Shown: positions 28,410 to 41,390, counted from the stretch's first letter. The stretch is 64,000 nucleotides of DNA from Octopus vulgaris (GCA_951406725.2 OX597814.1:177196001-177260000), one strand, 5' to 3'. Notes: generated from the sequence alone by a model not told the origin. Numbers and translations: made by a program.

Positions 28410-28652
28410 TTGCAGTAGATTTCATCTTCGGAAAGCAGCCTCTCCTCTTTAAGACGATGAAAGTTGACAACAAGCAAAGTGGGAGACTTTGAGACATCGG
28501 TTTTCGGCATGATTATACCTCCTCTGTGAGAAACATCTGCTGTAAATTTCTTCATCGGAGAATAGTCTCTTTTTTTAGACAATGGAAGTTGGCAACAAAT
28601 AATGTAGAGGATTCTGAGACATCGATTCTCGGCGTGATTGCGCCGCCTCTGA
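28410..28652. repeat. two diverged ~127-bp tandem units
   Basis: tgcagtagatttcatcttcgga...gagacatcggttttcggcatgattatacctcctctg versus tgctgtaaatttcttcatcgga...gagacatcgattctcggcgtgattgcgccgcctctg. Confidence 0.8.
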
Positions 28653-28784
28653 ACTCTGAAACTAAACAAAAGCGATCGTTCTTGCTTATAGAATTTTTCA
28701 AGCAATATATTTCTTGATGAATGCTCAGGTCTACCAAACTGACATTAAATTTACGTTAACACACATCAGCAATTCACACAGACA

Positions 28785-28853
<69 letters not shown>

Positions 28854-29034
28854 ACACACATATGCGTGTTAGTAATAACGAACAGGACAAAAAATATTCA
28901 ACACCAAGTTGTGGTTGCAGACGATTCTTCCATAACTTTGCATATATATCTGCTGTTCTTTCGTTGTGTGTCACAACCACTATTTGACAAAGCGATTAAA
29001 CGGAGAAATTTAATAAAAATGAGTTATGACCTAA

Positions 29035-29158
<124 letters not shown>

Positions 29159-29169
29159 TATATATATTC

Positions 29170-29380
29170 TTTACTCTTTACTCTTTTACTATTTTACTTG
29201 TTTCAGTCATTTGACTGTGGCCATGATGGCGCACCGCCTTTAGTCGAGCAAATCGATCCCAGGACTTATACTTAGTAAACGTAGAACTTATTCTATCAGT
29301 CTCCTTTGCCGAACCATTAAGTTACGGGGTCGTAAACACACCTGCATCGGTTGTCAAGCGATGTTGGAGGGACAAACACA

Positions 29381-29470
<90 letters not shown>

Positions 29471-29626
29471 CATATATACGAAGGGCTTCTTTCAGTTTCC
29501 GTCTACCAGGCTTTGGTAGGCCCGAGGCTATAGTAGAAGACACTTGCCCAAGGAGTCACGCAGTGGGACTGAACCCGGAACCATGTGGTTGGTAAGCAAG
29601 CTACTTACCAAACAGCCACTCCTACA

Positions 29627-29628
<2 letters not shown>
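29170..29628 (-). mobile_element. SINE family A, near full length with internal (CA)n
   Basis: Reverse complement of 53001-53418. Confidence 0.9.
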
Positions 29629-29696
<68 letters not shown>

Positions 29697-30159
29697 GTTT
29701 CTAATGGAAAGAGCCTGCTCTTTTACAGGAATGTATTTCATCCAAGCGTGTACCGGTTTAGCTCCATATCGATTAATTTTCCTGGAATTTGATAATTAGT
29801 GTTGGTATTAGTGTTTATTGACATTGGTGCTTAACACTTATATAGTTCCAGTTGTCGTTATATATGTTTTTATCTATCCGATATAGGAGAACAGAATTTA
29901 ATAATATAATACAAATATAATTAATAAATAAATTAAATATGCATTATGTGAATAAATCAATATCTAGAATTAAATGATTCTATAATATTAATCAAATAGA
30001 GGAATACATACTGAAACTCTGACTATCAGCTGATGTATCTAAATAAATAGATTAACAGTTAAATAAATGAGGGATAGAGAGCTTACTACATTCATAAGGA
30101 AAAGGAATATATGTATGTATATAGATATATGTATGTATATATATATGTATGTATATAGA

Positions 30160-30196
<37 letters not shown>

Positions 30197-30226
30197 CATT
30201 TTCCTTTTCCTTATGAATGTAGTAAG

Positions 30227-30327
<101 letters not shown>

Positions 30328-31537
30328 TATACATATATTCCTTTTCCTTATGAATGTAGTAACCTCTCTCTCTATATATATATGTAGAAGGTTGAAAAGT
30401 AACATACGACTTGATATATATGGAAAAAAGTCAAGGTAGAAAATGCTAAAATAATTTTATAAAAAACATTTCAGTACCGGTTTCAATCATTGAGACCTTT
30501 TCAACTGTATATATGGAGAACAATTATATTTTGGAAAACTTAAAATAAAAGTTAAAAAAAAAAATATTTGCATAGTATTCAAATACAAGGGGCAATTTCC
30601 TTGTTTCTGCCTGTCTCTTTCTCTCTTGTTTACTCTTGTGGGTTCGAGGTCGCTGTGAATTCTTGTTAGGGAAGAAGAAGAAGAAGAAGAAGCTAGTTGT
30701 TTTTGGAGCCATGTAATCTCAAGTAGACATTGACATCTTCTGGTATCTTCCTATCTTGAACTAACTGAAGACCTTGCTATATTTTTCAAGTGTTTAGTGT
30801 ATTTCTCTTATGGGCATTGCAGAGATCATCACAAGCAATTCTGATGATTTGTTACTAACAACTTACTACTTGCAGTGTACACAGGAAAAAGCAACCAACT
30901 AATCGCTCTCATACATTTTGTTTCAAAGACAGCTTCTATAAAAGTGTAGTAAAAATAACATGAAATAAAATATAAATAGCTACAGTAATCATTTAATCTC
31001 TCTTACTCAATAATTTCACGTTTAACCTAACATCGTCTGAATTATAGAACCGTTATATCCTTGAATTTGATTTAATCACAGAAAAAACTAGATTTGTCGC
31101 CTTCAATGGTTAGTTGATTTCTATCAATAGAAGAGATTTCATTGTCTTTGACGGCGAATGAACAAATAAAGCTAGAATGGAGACAGTCAGTTACAAGAAT
31201 CAAAGGTAAATGAACGAAAGAAAAAACATGAAAGGTAAAACAATAACAAAAATAGCCCCCAAAGGTTCTGAAGAACAATGTTTGCTTTTGTTTCTATAAA
31301 AATAGGTAGTTTGCTGCATTAATTCCACTAGGAGAACCGCTGCGCTCTTTCGACGGCCGACTGGTGGGCGGTGATATTTTTAGCACAAGCGCGCGCTCAC
31401 ACACGTATGTGTATATCATACTTAACTTCATTTTAAGAATATGTATATATATATATATAAACAACTTAACCTTTAAAGGTATTTTTTAATATGCTGGCCA
31501 TTGATAAAATTTTTTTCGAAAAAATTTTATCCTACAT

Positions 31538-31588
<51 letters not shown>

Positions 31589-32491
31589 GTATATTTATAT
31601 ATGTATATATATATACATACACACACATATACATACATATATATATATATATGCATACATAGACACACACAAACACACACACATATATATGAGTCCATGT
31701 ACATGAATGTGTGTATAGATGTGTATATATGCATACGCTTTCTATTGCTCTCAATATTTGTGTGTGTGTGTGTTTATGTATGTGTTTGCTTGTTGTCCAA
31801 TCAAGGCAGAAGTAGTAGAACTGACTACTTTCACAAAGCAGTAAGTTCATGTTATTGCTAGCAAAAGCGGAAGAAATGCGACAAAGTTTAAAATAGGTAG
31901 ATAAAGGAAGTAGATGAGGACGTGATCGCAGTGAATGAGAGACGTCCAATATGTTGAAGGAAGGCCCAGTGATATACCGTGTAGTATGAGTTACCTAAAG
32001 AGAGAGGTGACTTTTGTGATCGGTAATAGCATTGAGAACTAGTAGTGTTGTGTGTGTCTAGAATTGTGGTTACATAATACATACGTACATACATACATAC
32101 ATACATACATACATACATACATACATACATACATACATACATACATACATACATACATACATACATGTGAAAACATACACGCTCTTCATCTTCACGCACG
32201 AATTCAATTCTTAGTTCCATGATAAGTATACATTATGGAAATTGCATCCGTGTTTTAGAATAGAATCGGTTTTTTTTTCATGAACGATAAGGCCAATTTT
32301 TACTGGGAATGAAGAGTAAAATGCAACCAATTTACCCCCAGAATATTATGAAACTTATTTCATAGATTGCATTTATATAATTGTTTTGCAAGGTTCTTAA
32401 CGTGTAAACGTGTGTTGAAACAGATATTGTTATGTTTGATGATGGTCATGTCTTGTCAATTAAACACACGCACTATTTATTTGATTTTCAC

Positions 32492-32492
<1 letters not shown>

Positions 32493-32545
<53 letters not shown>

Positions 32546-32566
32546 ATTCTTCTTCTTCTTCTTCTT

Positions 32567-32597
<31 letters not shown>

Positions 32598-32617
32598 TTA
32601 TTATTATTATTATTATT

Positions 32618-32716
<99 letters not shown>

Positions 32717-32747
32717 AATAATAATATTACTATCATTATTATTATTA

Positions 32748-32787
<40 letters not shown>
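32493..32787. repeat. (ATT)n/(CTT)n/(ATC)n compound microsatellite
   Basis: Directly visible. Confidence 0.95.
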
Positions 32788-32788
<1 letters not shown>

Positions 32789-32834
32789 TTTGTTTATTTG
32801 TCTGCCAAAATTCTTTCGTCACACGTTCTTTGAA

Positions 32835-33103
32835 TTTTGAGAGAGAAACAAACTAAACATGTGATACCAATAGTAATTGGTGCTCTTAGAAGTATCAGCA
32901 CTCAGCTACCAGCATGGCTGAAAAAGATCGGTCCAAGTGTGAAGGTAGAACACCTACAAAAAAATCAGCATTGCTTGGAACTGCAAGAATTCTTCACAAG
33001 GTTCTTGAAGCATGATTAGCAAACAAGTGTCACCTTAGTCTACTGGCCGTGGACAGCTGACACTTTCCATCATACCTAGCATAATAAGCTTTGAGTTTTC
33101 ACA
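32835..33103 (+). mobile_element. R4/Dong-like LINE 3' end (family shared with 63068-64000)
   Basis: VIPIVIGALRSIS..L..WLKKIG...HLQK.ALLGTARILHKVL; 3' UTR matches 63068-63150; followed by (AAT)n. Confidence 0.85.
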
Positions 33104-33117
33104 TAATAATAATAATC

Positions 33118-33165
<48 letters not shown>

Positions 33166-33176
33166 TAATAATAATA

Positions 33177-33911
33177 TGCAGCACAAGACCAAAGCCTCCC
33201 CACCAGAAATTACCAAAAACATGTAATGAAAAGAAATATAACAAGTAACTGCAGAATATGTGGAGATGGACAAGAATCAATAAATCATATTATCTCTAGC
33301 TGCCCAGTCCTGGCTAAGAAGGAATATATTCACAGACATGACAGAGTTGGAACCTACATACATTGGAAGCTATGCCAACATTATGGAATAACAACAGAAA
33401 AAAGATGGTATAGGCACACACCAGAAAAGGTCACAGAAAACGAGAAAGCAACCATACTCTGGGATATGCCGATACACACAGATAGAGAAATTAAGGCCAA
33501 CAGACCAGATATAGTTGCCAAAGATCATTAAGAAAAAAATGCTTTCTAATTGATGTATCAATACTGGCTGATGACAACGTGTCTTAAAAGAAATGGAGAA
33601 ACTCTCAAAATACAAAGACCTGGAAGTAGAGGTAACCAGAATGTGGAATCTAAAAACAGAAACAATTCCTATCATAGTAGGTGCATGAGGCATGATAAAA
33701 AAATATTAAGACAAATACATAACAAAAACACCAGGACTTACAAACACATATAACATACAGAAAATTTCACTACTAGGCACTGCACACATCCTACGCAGAA
33801 CACTTTCCATACAATAACCATCAGAGCATCACAACAAATCACAGCACATACCCAAGGCACACAGAGCTACGCTCGGTAGTGAAGTGAAAGTACGCTATAA
33901 AAATAAAACTA

Positions 33912-33915
<4 letters not shown>
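33177..33915 (+). mobile_element. R4/Dong-like LINE 3' fragment (CCHC knuckle plus RLE)
   Basis: CRICGDGQESINHIISSC...YIHRHDRV...IHWKLC...ILWD...ANRPDIV...LIDV...KYKDL...IPIIVGA; (AAT)n on both sides. Confidence 0.92.
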
Positions 33916-33985
<70 letters not shown>

Positions 33986-35327
33986 CTAAAGTGAATATCA
34001 AGTAAATGCTGCATATATTTAAATTGCAAAAGACGACCATCCCCATTCATAACAATAGTTCATAGATGCCATCCTTCAATATCTAAGAGAACGAAATTAG
34101 TTACTGTTAGGTAGAATTTCATCAGTTCATCTTTTCTATATGTTGATCACCCGTTTAAAATGGAAATATAATCTCTCTCTTATAGACACACAATGTCACA
34201 TATTTTTAAAGGTGTGAAATTGTTTTATAATTCTAAGTTGAGGTAACGAGAAGTGTAAATGAAATTATTTGGTAGAAAGTAGGAATTGAAACCAAGTAAT
34301 TGAATCAGCTTGATTGGAACTATTTCTTCTCGTATTAGGATTATTATAACTTTTTCTTTTAATTAGGTACAAAACTCTAAAGTGGCAGGAGAGAAAAATG
34401 ACACAATTTTTCGAAGAATATTAGGAATTCAGAGAAGTGAAATTACGTCCACGGACCATGCACTCTTCTGTTAGCAGGACGGCCGACATCTCTTCCTTCA
34501 TGTCTCACTCTTTCATTGTTGGGAGGGTTGGCCTAGTGAGTTTTTGAAGGATCGGAGAGGACAATCACTTCTTAGGCTACCACGTGGTCTGTTATTTGTC
34601 TTATGGATATATATCTGCGCCAATTTAGTATCGCCATCTCTAGTATAGACTATGAGCACTGCATTTCAAAAACTTCTAGTTTGCGCGTGCCATCATATAT
34701 TTTTGGGGTCTATCTATCAACCAGTGCCTCAAGTTAGGCTGTACAAAACACTATATTTTCCCAACAACAATCTACACCACGGATAGATAGAAAGAAAGAC
34801 ACAATGTATAATGAAGTTCATCGCATTTAAATATATGATGCTTGGAAAGAAAGAAAATATTGTCCGTAAGACCTGAATTGAAGATAAGCAACAACCATCA
34901 CCGCCAACAATTATCACCACCATTACCATCACCAACAACAATCACTTGTCTATGTAAGTCTATGACCTAATGTGTTGACCACTAATACTGCAGTGTTCAC
35001 TGTTTTGCTGAAATATATTGGTTATCTCACATAAACCTAATCGTTTCACACGCGTGTCTTCCTTACATTATCCCATTAGTGAATTTCTAGAACTAGATTA
35101 CTTTCCAGCTCTTTATTCAATTCCTACTTCCCAAAACTGAGTCTGGTACTTCTAGGCCAATTACGTTTCATCTCAGTCATAAATCTTCGAAACAATACTT
35201 CCCAAACTAAATTTTAATCGTGTTAACCATAACGAGATATCCCTATTATCCAATATAGAACCACTGAGAATGGCAAAAGAAGCCTTTTCTTCTCCGTATC
35301 AGCTGATATAGCTCTTTTTGACTATGC

Positions 35328-36056
35328 TACCCCTTCACAAAGCGGTAGAGTGGTGTAAACGGGCAGTGTCAGAGCTATGCCGTCGGGAACTTCGATCCCT
35401 GGTAGGGCCACCCAAGGCAGATTGGTCTGGCACCGAGCGGTATTAGGGACGCATGATGAAAATTCCAAGAGGCGCCTGATCGGCAACCGGCGGCTTCGAC
35501 GTCGTTCTGTCCCTGCGTCTGTGGAGACTTCGCGGCAAACAGGGCGTCCCGTCACTCGGGATATGCATGCGGGATGTCGGGGACCGCTTGTGAATTCAAT
35601 ATTCCCACGAAACTTCTATGAATCCTACTACTACCATGGCAATAAATACGAATACGAATACGAATTATCTACCTACTGCAAACTTGCAACCAATCAACAA
35701 CCCTCAAACTGCTATGGCTCTTCAAGCAACTCCTGGAGTTGGTTCGGTCATGCGGCCCGGTTGTCAGAGGGTGAGCTGATTCGCGATGTCCTCCTCCCAC
35801 CTCCACTTCCCAACTGGCGCAAACGTACGGGCGGGCAGCTGAAGACATGGGCAACGGCGATGAAGGAGGACCTCTCCGAACTTTCAGGTCCGCAGGTGGT
35901 CAGTCTGCGCAGATGGTACCGCGAATGGCTCGCTATCTCTAGTGACCTCGCACAGGACCGTCGAGCGTGGGCCGCCATGGTTCGTGATGCCGTCAGGACC
36001 AGAGAAGAAGCTGGTTCAACCCGCCCTGGGTGAACGCCGTCACAAGTACAAGTAAG
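35328..36056 (+). mobile_element. internally deleted RTE-clade LINE (5' UTR plus 3' end)
   Basis: GC-rich 5' UTR, short ORF start, then WFGHAAR...RKRTGGQLKTW...LAQDRRAW...V; CAAGTA-repeat tail; TSD TTTTGACTATGC/TTTTGACTGTGC. Confidence 0.85.
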
Positions 36057-37502
36057 TTTTGACTGTGCATTTTCCAGATTTTCAAAACTACAATTTCGCA
36101 ATCTCAAGAAATACAGAGGTTTATTGAATCAGCGATCGATCAAAAAATATGTTTTATAAACATAATTTACTAATTCCTCTCATGTATGATGTATTACAAT
36201 CTTCATCGCTTGAACATTGTAAAGTTTGTAGCTTTAGTCAATCTTGAAAAATTCTGTAAGCTGATTACAAATAGGCGAGAGAATATATTATCCCAGCTAC
36301 ACATATAGATACTAATGAAAATATCAACAATAACTAAACAGTCCTTCTTACTGTTGCCAAGCATGTGATCTCCGTTTTTGTTAATGTAACTGTCTGACTC
36401 ATTGCCTGTATATCTTTGTATCGGTTTTCGTTTGTCAGCCTTTTAGTTGCTTCAACTGCAAAGTTGATCTTACAGCAACCCCGAATGAGTTTTAATATGT
36501 AGAATTTATTGCTTTATTTACTTCTCATGCTGAGTGGTATAATACGTGATTCTCAGTTTACGTCCATCCATGTCTAAATTAATAGACTTATCGGAACCCA
36601 TTTTCAGTCAGAAAATGGACTCACTTCAATACCCGCGAATCTAATCGCGGTTATAGACTGATCTGTAATCGATTTATATTTTAATCATTCGAGCCACTTC
36701 CTTACGAAGAATGATATTCCAACTAAAAAAATAAACGAAAAGAACGTGTATTTGAAACTGTAATATCTATCTCTCAGTATATACAGTACCAATATGGTGA
36801 GATTCGTTAGAACAAACTGTTGGCAGCTAGCAATCTGAGACTGTGACGCAGATTTAGCTCTCGGCTGAAGCTGTGTCGTTTTCTTCACATCATAAATGAT
36901 CTCAGGAAAGAGAAAAGCATAAAAGTATCTCACAAGAAGAAAACTCTTTCTTCGTAATCGATCTGCGTGTTAGAAATAGTAGCTAATTCTCCTTGAAATA
37001 CCTCGCAACTGTCTTAAAAAACGGAAGGAGACATTATATAATACTGTCCTCGATATACTATGCCTGTAAAAAGAACTCAGTATCCATGGTAGGGTTGTCT
37101 TTGATCACAAAAACATAACCTAGAGCCGAACACTAATAATAGGAATTTTGTAACCAGTAAAAGGAAACCAATATATGATTGTTTTTCAAAGACTTTCTGT
37201 GTGTAGGAAGAATTAAAGAATGCAACATTTCTTAGGGAAAATATATTTCTGATATGGATGTACAGTAAATAAGTTCGTTTCGTTAGTATGTGATTTCGGT
37301 TCGGTCCCAATGCATAGCATCATGGGAAAGTGTTTTCCGCCATAGCCTCACGTTGATCAATGTCTGCCAAGTGGAATTTAGACACTGAAACTGTGGCGAA
37401 AACCAGTCATATACATGTATGCATTTATGTATGTATGTATGTATGTATGTATGTATGTATGTATGTATGTATGTATGTATGTATGTATGTATGTATGTAT
37501 GT

Positions 37503-37853
37503 ATGCAAGACCCTGCCCCAGTAAAGCTGGACTCAAGAGGTATCTTCGTAGTCATGAAGCGAGACAGATGAGTGACAACCTGGCCACTGGTGGTGGTGTT
37601 ACCCACCATACTAATCATATCTGTCAGGCATGTGGAAGAGAAGGTAATTCGGCAGGAGGTCTTAGACGACATGCAAAGACACATGAAGCCCAGTTACAAC
37701 TACAGCCGGTTAATGCCAGTAAAGGTTTTAGCTATCAATTCTGTACAAGACATTGTAGATCTTTAGCTGGGCTAAAAAGTCACATTCGATCATGGCACCA
37801 ATAACAGTTAAGGTTCGTGCAATGGCCATACTCGATAACGAGGGGCAGCCATC
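37503..37853 (+). mobile_element. RTE-type LINE 3' end with three C2H2-like fingers, in (TATG)n
   Basis: RPCPSKAGLKRYLRSH, CQACGREGNSAGGLRRHAKTH, FCTRHCRSLAGLKSHIRSWH*, then a short 3' UTR; flanked by (TATG)n. Confidence 0.7.
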
Positions 37854-37924
37854 ATGTATGTATGTATGTATGTATGTATGTATGTATGTATGTATGTATG
37901 TATGTATGTATGTATGTATGTCAT

Positions 37925-38405
37925 TATTCAGTTTTATTTCCAGATTTCTTGCCAGTACAGAAAGAGCCGGTTTCTAATCTAGATCCAAGGCTCCATCATT
38001 TGAATTTCAACATCAACAGGATATTTTTGTATATATGTATGTATATATGCAGATTTGTATGTTTCGTTTTATGTATCTATTCTCATGCATATACTTGCAT
38101 ATCTATGTTTCGTTTTATGTATGTATTCTCATGAATATACTTGCAATCTAGATAAACTCATATATACTTAAATGATAAACTTCTGGAAAGTTTTACAGAT
38201 TTTTACAGTTCCAGTGATGGCTCGGATCTGTAGTCTTCAAATCAGCTTTCTCTTTTCTGGTTTTGAGAAGCCTGATTTCTCAATATTGGTATTTAGGCAG
38301 TATGTTACATACTCAAGGACCCCAATAATTACAGGTATAAACCTGAACTTGCAATCTGGATAGAGTAGCTGTTGATTCCTCAGTAGTTTGGCGTAGGTAT
38401 TTTCT
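37925..38405 (-). mobile_element. RLE-type LINE 3' end
   Basis: Minus translation ENTYAKLLRNQQLLYPDCKFRFIPVIIGVLEYV...RLQIRAITGTVKICKTFQKF*, an RLE C-terminal pattern. Confidence 0.75.
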
Positions 38406-38424
38406 CTTTCACTGTATGTACGGA

Positions 38425-38713
38425 TAAATGTTGGAGCACCGTATTTAGTCGAACAAATTCATTTTGTAAACCTAGTACTTATTCTATCGATCTTTTCTGC
38501 CGAACCGCTGAGTTACGGGAACATAAACACACAACTATCTGTTGCCAAGTGATGGTGGGGGGGACAAACACACACACATATATATATATACGACGGGCTT
38601 ATTTCAGTTTCTGTCTACCAACTCCACTCACAAGACTTTGGTCGGCCGGAGGCTATAGTAGAAGATACTTGCCCAAGGTACCAGGCAGTGGGGCTGAACC
38701 CGTAACCATGTGG
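38425..38713 (-). mobile_element. SINE family A, truncated
   Basis: Reverse complement of ~53043-53370. Confidence 0.85.
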
Positions 38714-39991
38714 ATGAAACACTTCGTTTCTATCCACCGAGATGGATGAAACACTGCTTTTCCATCCATCTGTGCGGAAATTCTAGTCGAAACACGGGAA
38801 TTTTGATTGGGACATGAACTGGGATAGAATTATTCAAAATATCTTAAGTTCCATATCAGGGAAATATGTTTGATTTGGTGGTCACACACAAACTACCTGT
38901 CTGTGTGCGTGTGTGTGTGTGTGTCTGTCTGTATATATACAACTAAAAGCAGTCCATAAAATCTTGTAATTTCTAACTAAGCTGAAATAAAAAAGTAAGA
39001 CAATTTGAATTACCCAATGATATAAAAAAAAAAACTACCTTTGATACAGTTCTTCTGGGGTCGTTTCTGAGTTGTACTTGTTTAAATCAGTGACCAGGTA
39101 GCAGGCATTGCGACGAAAATTTTGACACCAAGTAATAAATAATTAAATGAAGTTAAAAGCTTTGCTTTTGTGTGATTTATTAAATGACTTTTACGAGTTT
39201 TCTCTGACAATTACTCCATGTTTTGCAAAATTTTGGAATAATTTCTTACTAATTTCTTAATTTTGAATGCGATGATTGTTATTTAAAAAAAATATGTAAA
39301 AAATATATTTTTTTAAACAATTGGTGAACATTTCATGCAAACGGATGTCCGCAAGGGAAGGAATAAACGCAGAACATTAAAAAAATATTGACTTATATGA
39401 GGAAAGTAGAATTTATTTCACACATTGGTCTTCAGTCTTCAGTAACAAAGATTTCTTAGCATTCATTGTAAATCATTGGCACTGGACTATAAGATATTTA
39501 TATATTTAGGAGCCTAGAGGCGAAAACCATTGGAGATATTGATTTTGCTTTGGGTAGGGGCAGAGAAATACGAAATGTACTCCTTATATGGCATTAGATT
39601 CTCATTCATTCGATCATTTTACCATTCATCAAGTCGAGCTTGTATTCACCTTTTCGATGATTCATTCGTCATACAGTCTCTCAATTTCTTTTTATATTTT
39701 TAATAAAAATTTTTATGTACCTTCTTATATATTTTCTCAAAAAATGGTCACACGTGGGTTTGCATAGAGATACATACATTTGCATAAGTTTCTTAGCATT
39801 TTGGACGAACATTTTGGTATGCATATTTGTAGTGTTCTCCATAAGTGTGAACTACTACTGCTGCTGCTTCTGCTGCTGCTACTACTACAACTACTACTAC
39901 TACTACTACTACTACTTTTCTTCATCTTCTGCTTCTGGAGCTGCTGCTTCTGTTGCTGTTGCTCCTGAAGCTACTTCTGCTGCTGCTGCTG

Positions 39992-40030
<39 letters not shown>

Positions 40031-40521
40031 GTTTAATAATTATTATCCGTTTATTCGACACAAGGGCAAATACAAACCATTTTGTATATACACATATACT
40101 TTTATATGTACACATTATTATATAATGGGAGGATGTTAGAAGGACCGGTAACATCTATCTCCATTATCGATGGTACCTTTAGGTCAAATGCCTTAGGATA
40201 TTTTCCATATTCCGCCACGGAGAAATCTTTCGAAAGAAAAAATATTCACTACATCCTCATCGATATCAAAATATCTCCAAGAATATCATCATTCACATGA
40301 TCATTCACTGACCGTTTATTGAATATAACCTTAACCTTTTCAGCCACTGTGTTGATAGACTGGTAAAGGGCTGTGAACATCGGAAATACGGAAATACTCT
40401 AGATGCAAAACGTTAATCCTTGGTCTACTTTTGATTAAAACTACAGCTCCGTTAAAGAGACGAGTTGGAGTGCCAGACACGTTTGACAAAAGATGAACGC
40501 AACAGCTCACTTTCCAGGAAT

Positions 40522-40574
40522 TCTTTTACTCTTTTAGCTGTTTCAATCATTTGACTGTGGCCATGATGGAGCAC

Positions 40575-40609
<35 letters not shown>

Positions 40610-40879
40610 CAGCAGCAGCAGCAGAAGTAGCTTCAGGAGCAACAGCAACAGCAGCAGCAGTAGTAGCAGCAGCTTCAGAAGCAGAAGATGAAGAAAATCG
40701 ACCCCAGGACTTATTCTTTGTAAGCCTAGTACTTATTCTATCGGTCTCTTTTGCCGAACCGCTAAGTTACGGAGACGTAAACACACCAGCATCAGTTGTC
40801 AAATGATGTTGGGGGGGGACAAATACAGACACACAAACATACACACACATACACACACACGCACACACATACACACACA

Positions 40880-40943
<64 letters not shown>

Positions 40944-41092
40944 CATATATACGACGGGCTTCTTTCAGTTTCCGCCTACCAAATCTACTCACAAGGCTTT
41001 GGTCGACCCGAGGCTATAGTAGAAGACACTTGTCCAAGGTGCCACACAGTGGGACTGAACCCGGAACCATGTGGTTCGTTAGCAAGCTACTT
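40522..41092 (-). mobile_element. SINE family A split by the ORF1-only element; its 5' end is at 43335-43371
   Basis: Continuous SINE sequence up to GTTAGCAAGCTACTT, resuming after the TSD with ACCACACAGCCACTCATGCGCC. Confidence 0.9.
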
Positions 41093-41265
41093 TATTTCAA
41101 AACATTTGCCATAAAGGCAGTACACAGATTAAGTTAGCTTTGCGGGCTGGACGAGGACATTAATGAGGTGAATGATAATGAAAGAAAGATGATAAGGATG
41201 GGAGAAGACAGAAAGCGCCCGCCGACTTTTGCTTCTCTAAAACATTGTTCTTTTTAAAAAAGATT

Positions 41266-41390
41266 AACACAAAACGAGGTATTAAACCTCTTACAATTTT
41301 TCCAATTTTGGGCTTAGCAGTCCATTATTAATACAAAACGAGGTATTAATCCTCTTACAATTTTTCAATTTTTGGACTTAAGTCCATTAC
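41266..41390. repeat. two ~63-bp tandem units in the element 3' UTR
   Basis: acaaaacgaggtattaa.cctcttacaattttt.caattttgg.ctta..gtccatta occurs twice. Confidence 0.85.

Noticed and set aside
37415-37804. Host C2H2 zinc-finger gene
   Set aside because: No TGEKP linkers or splice signals, starts in a microsatellite, and has a LINE-like 3' end.
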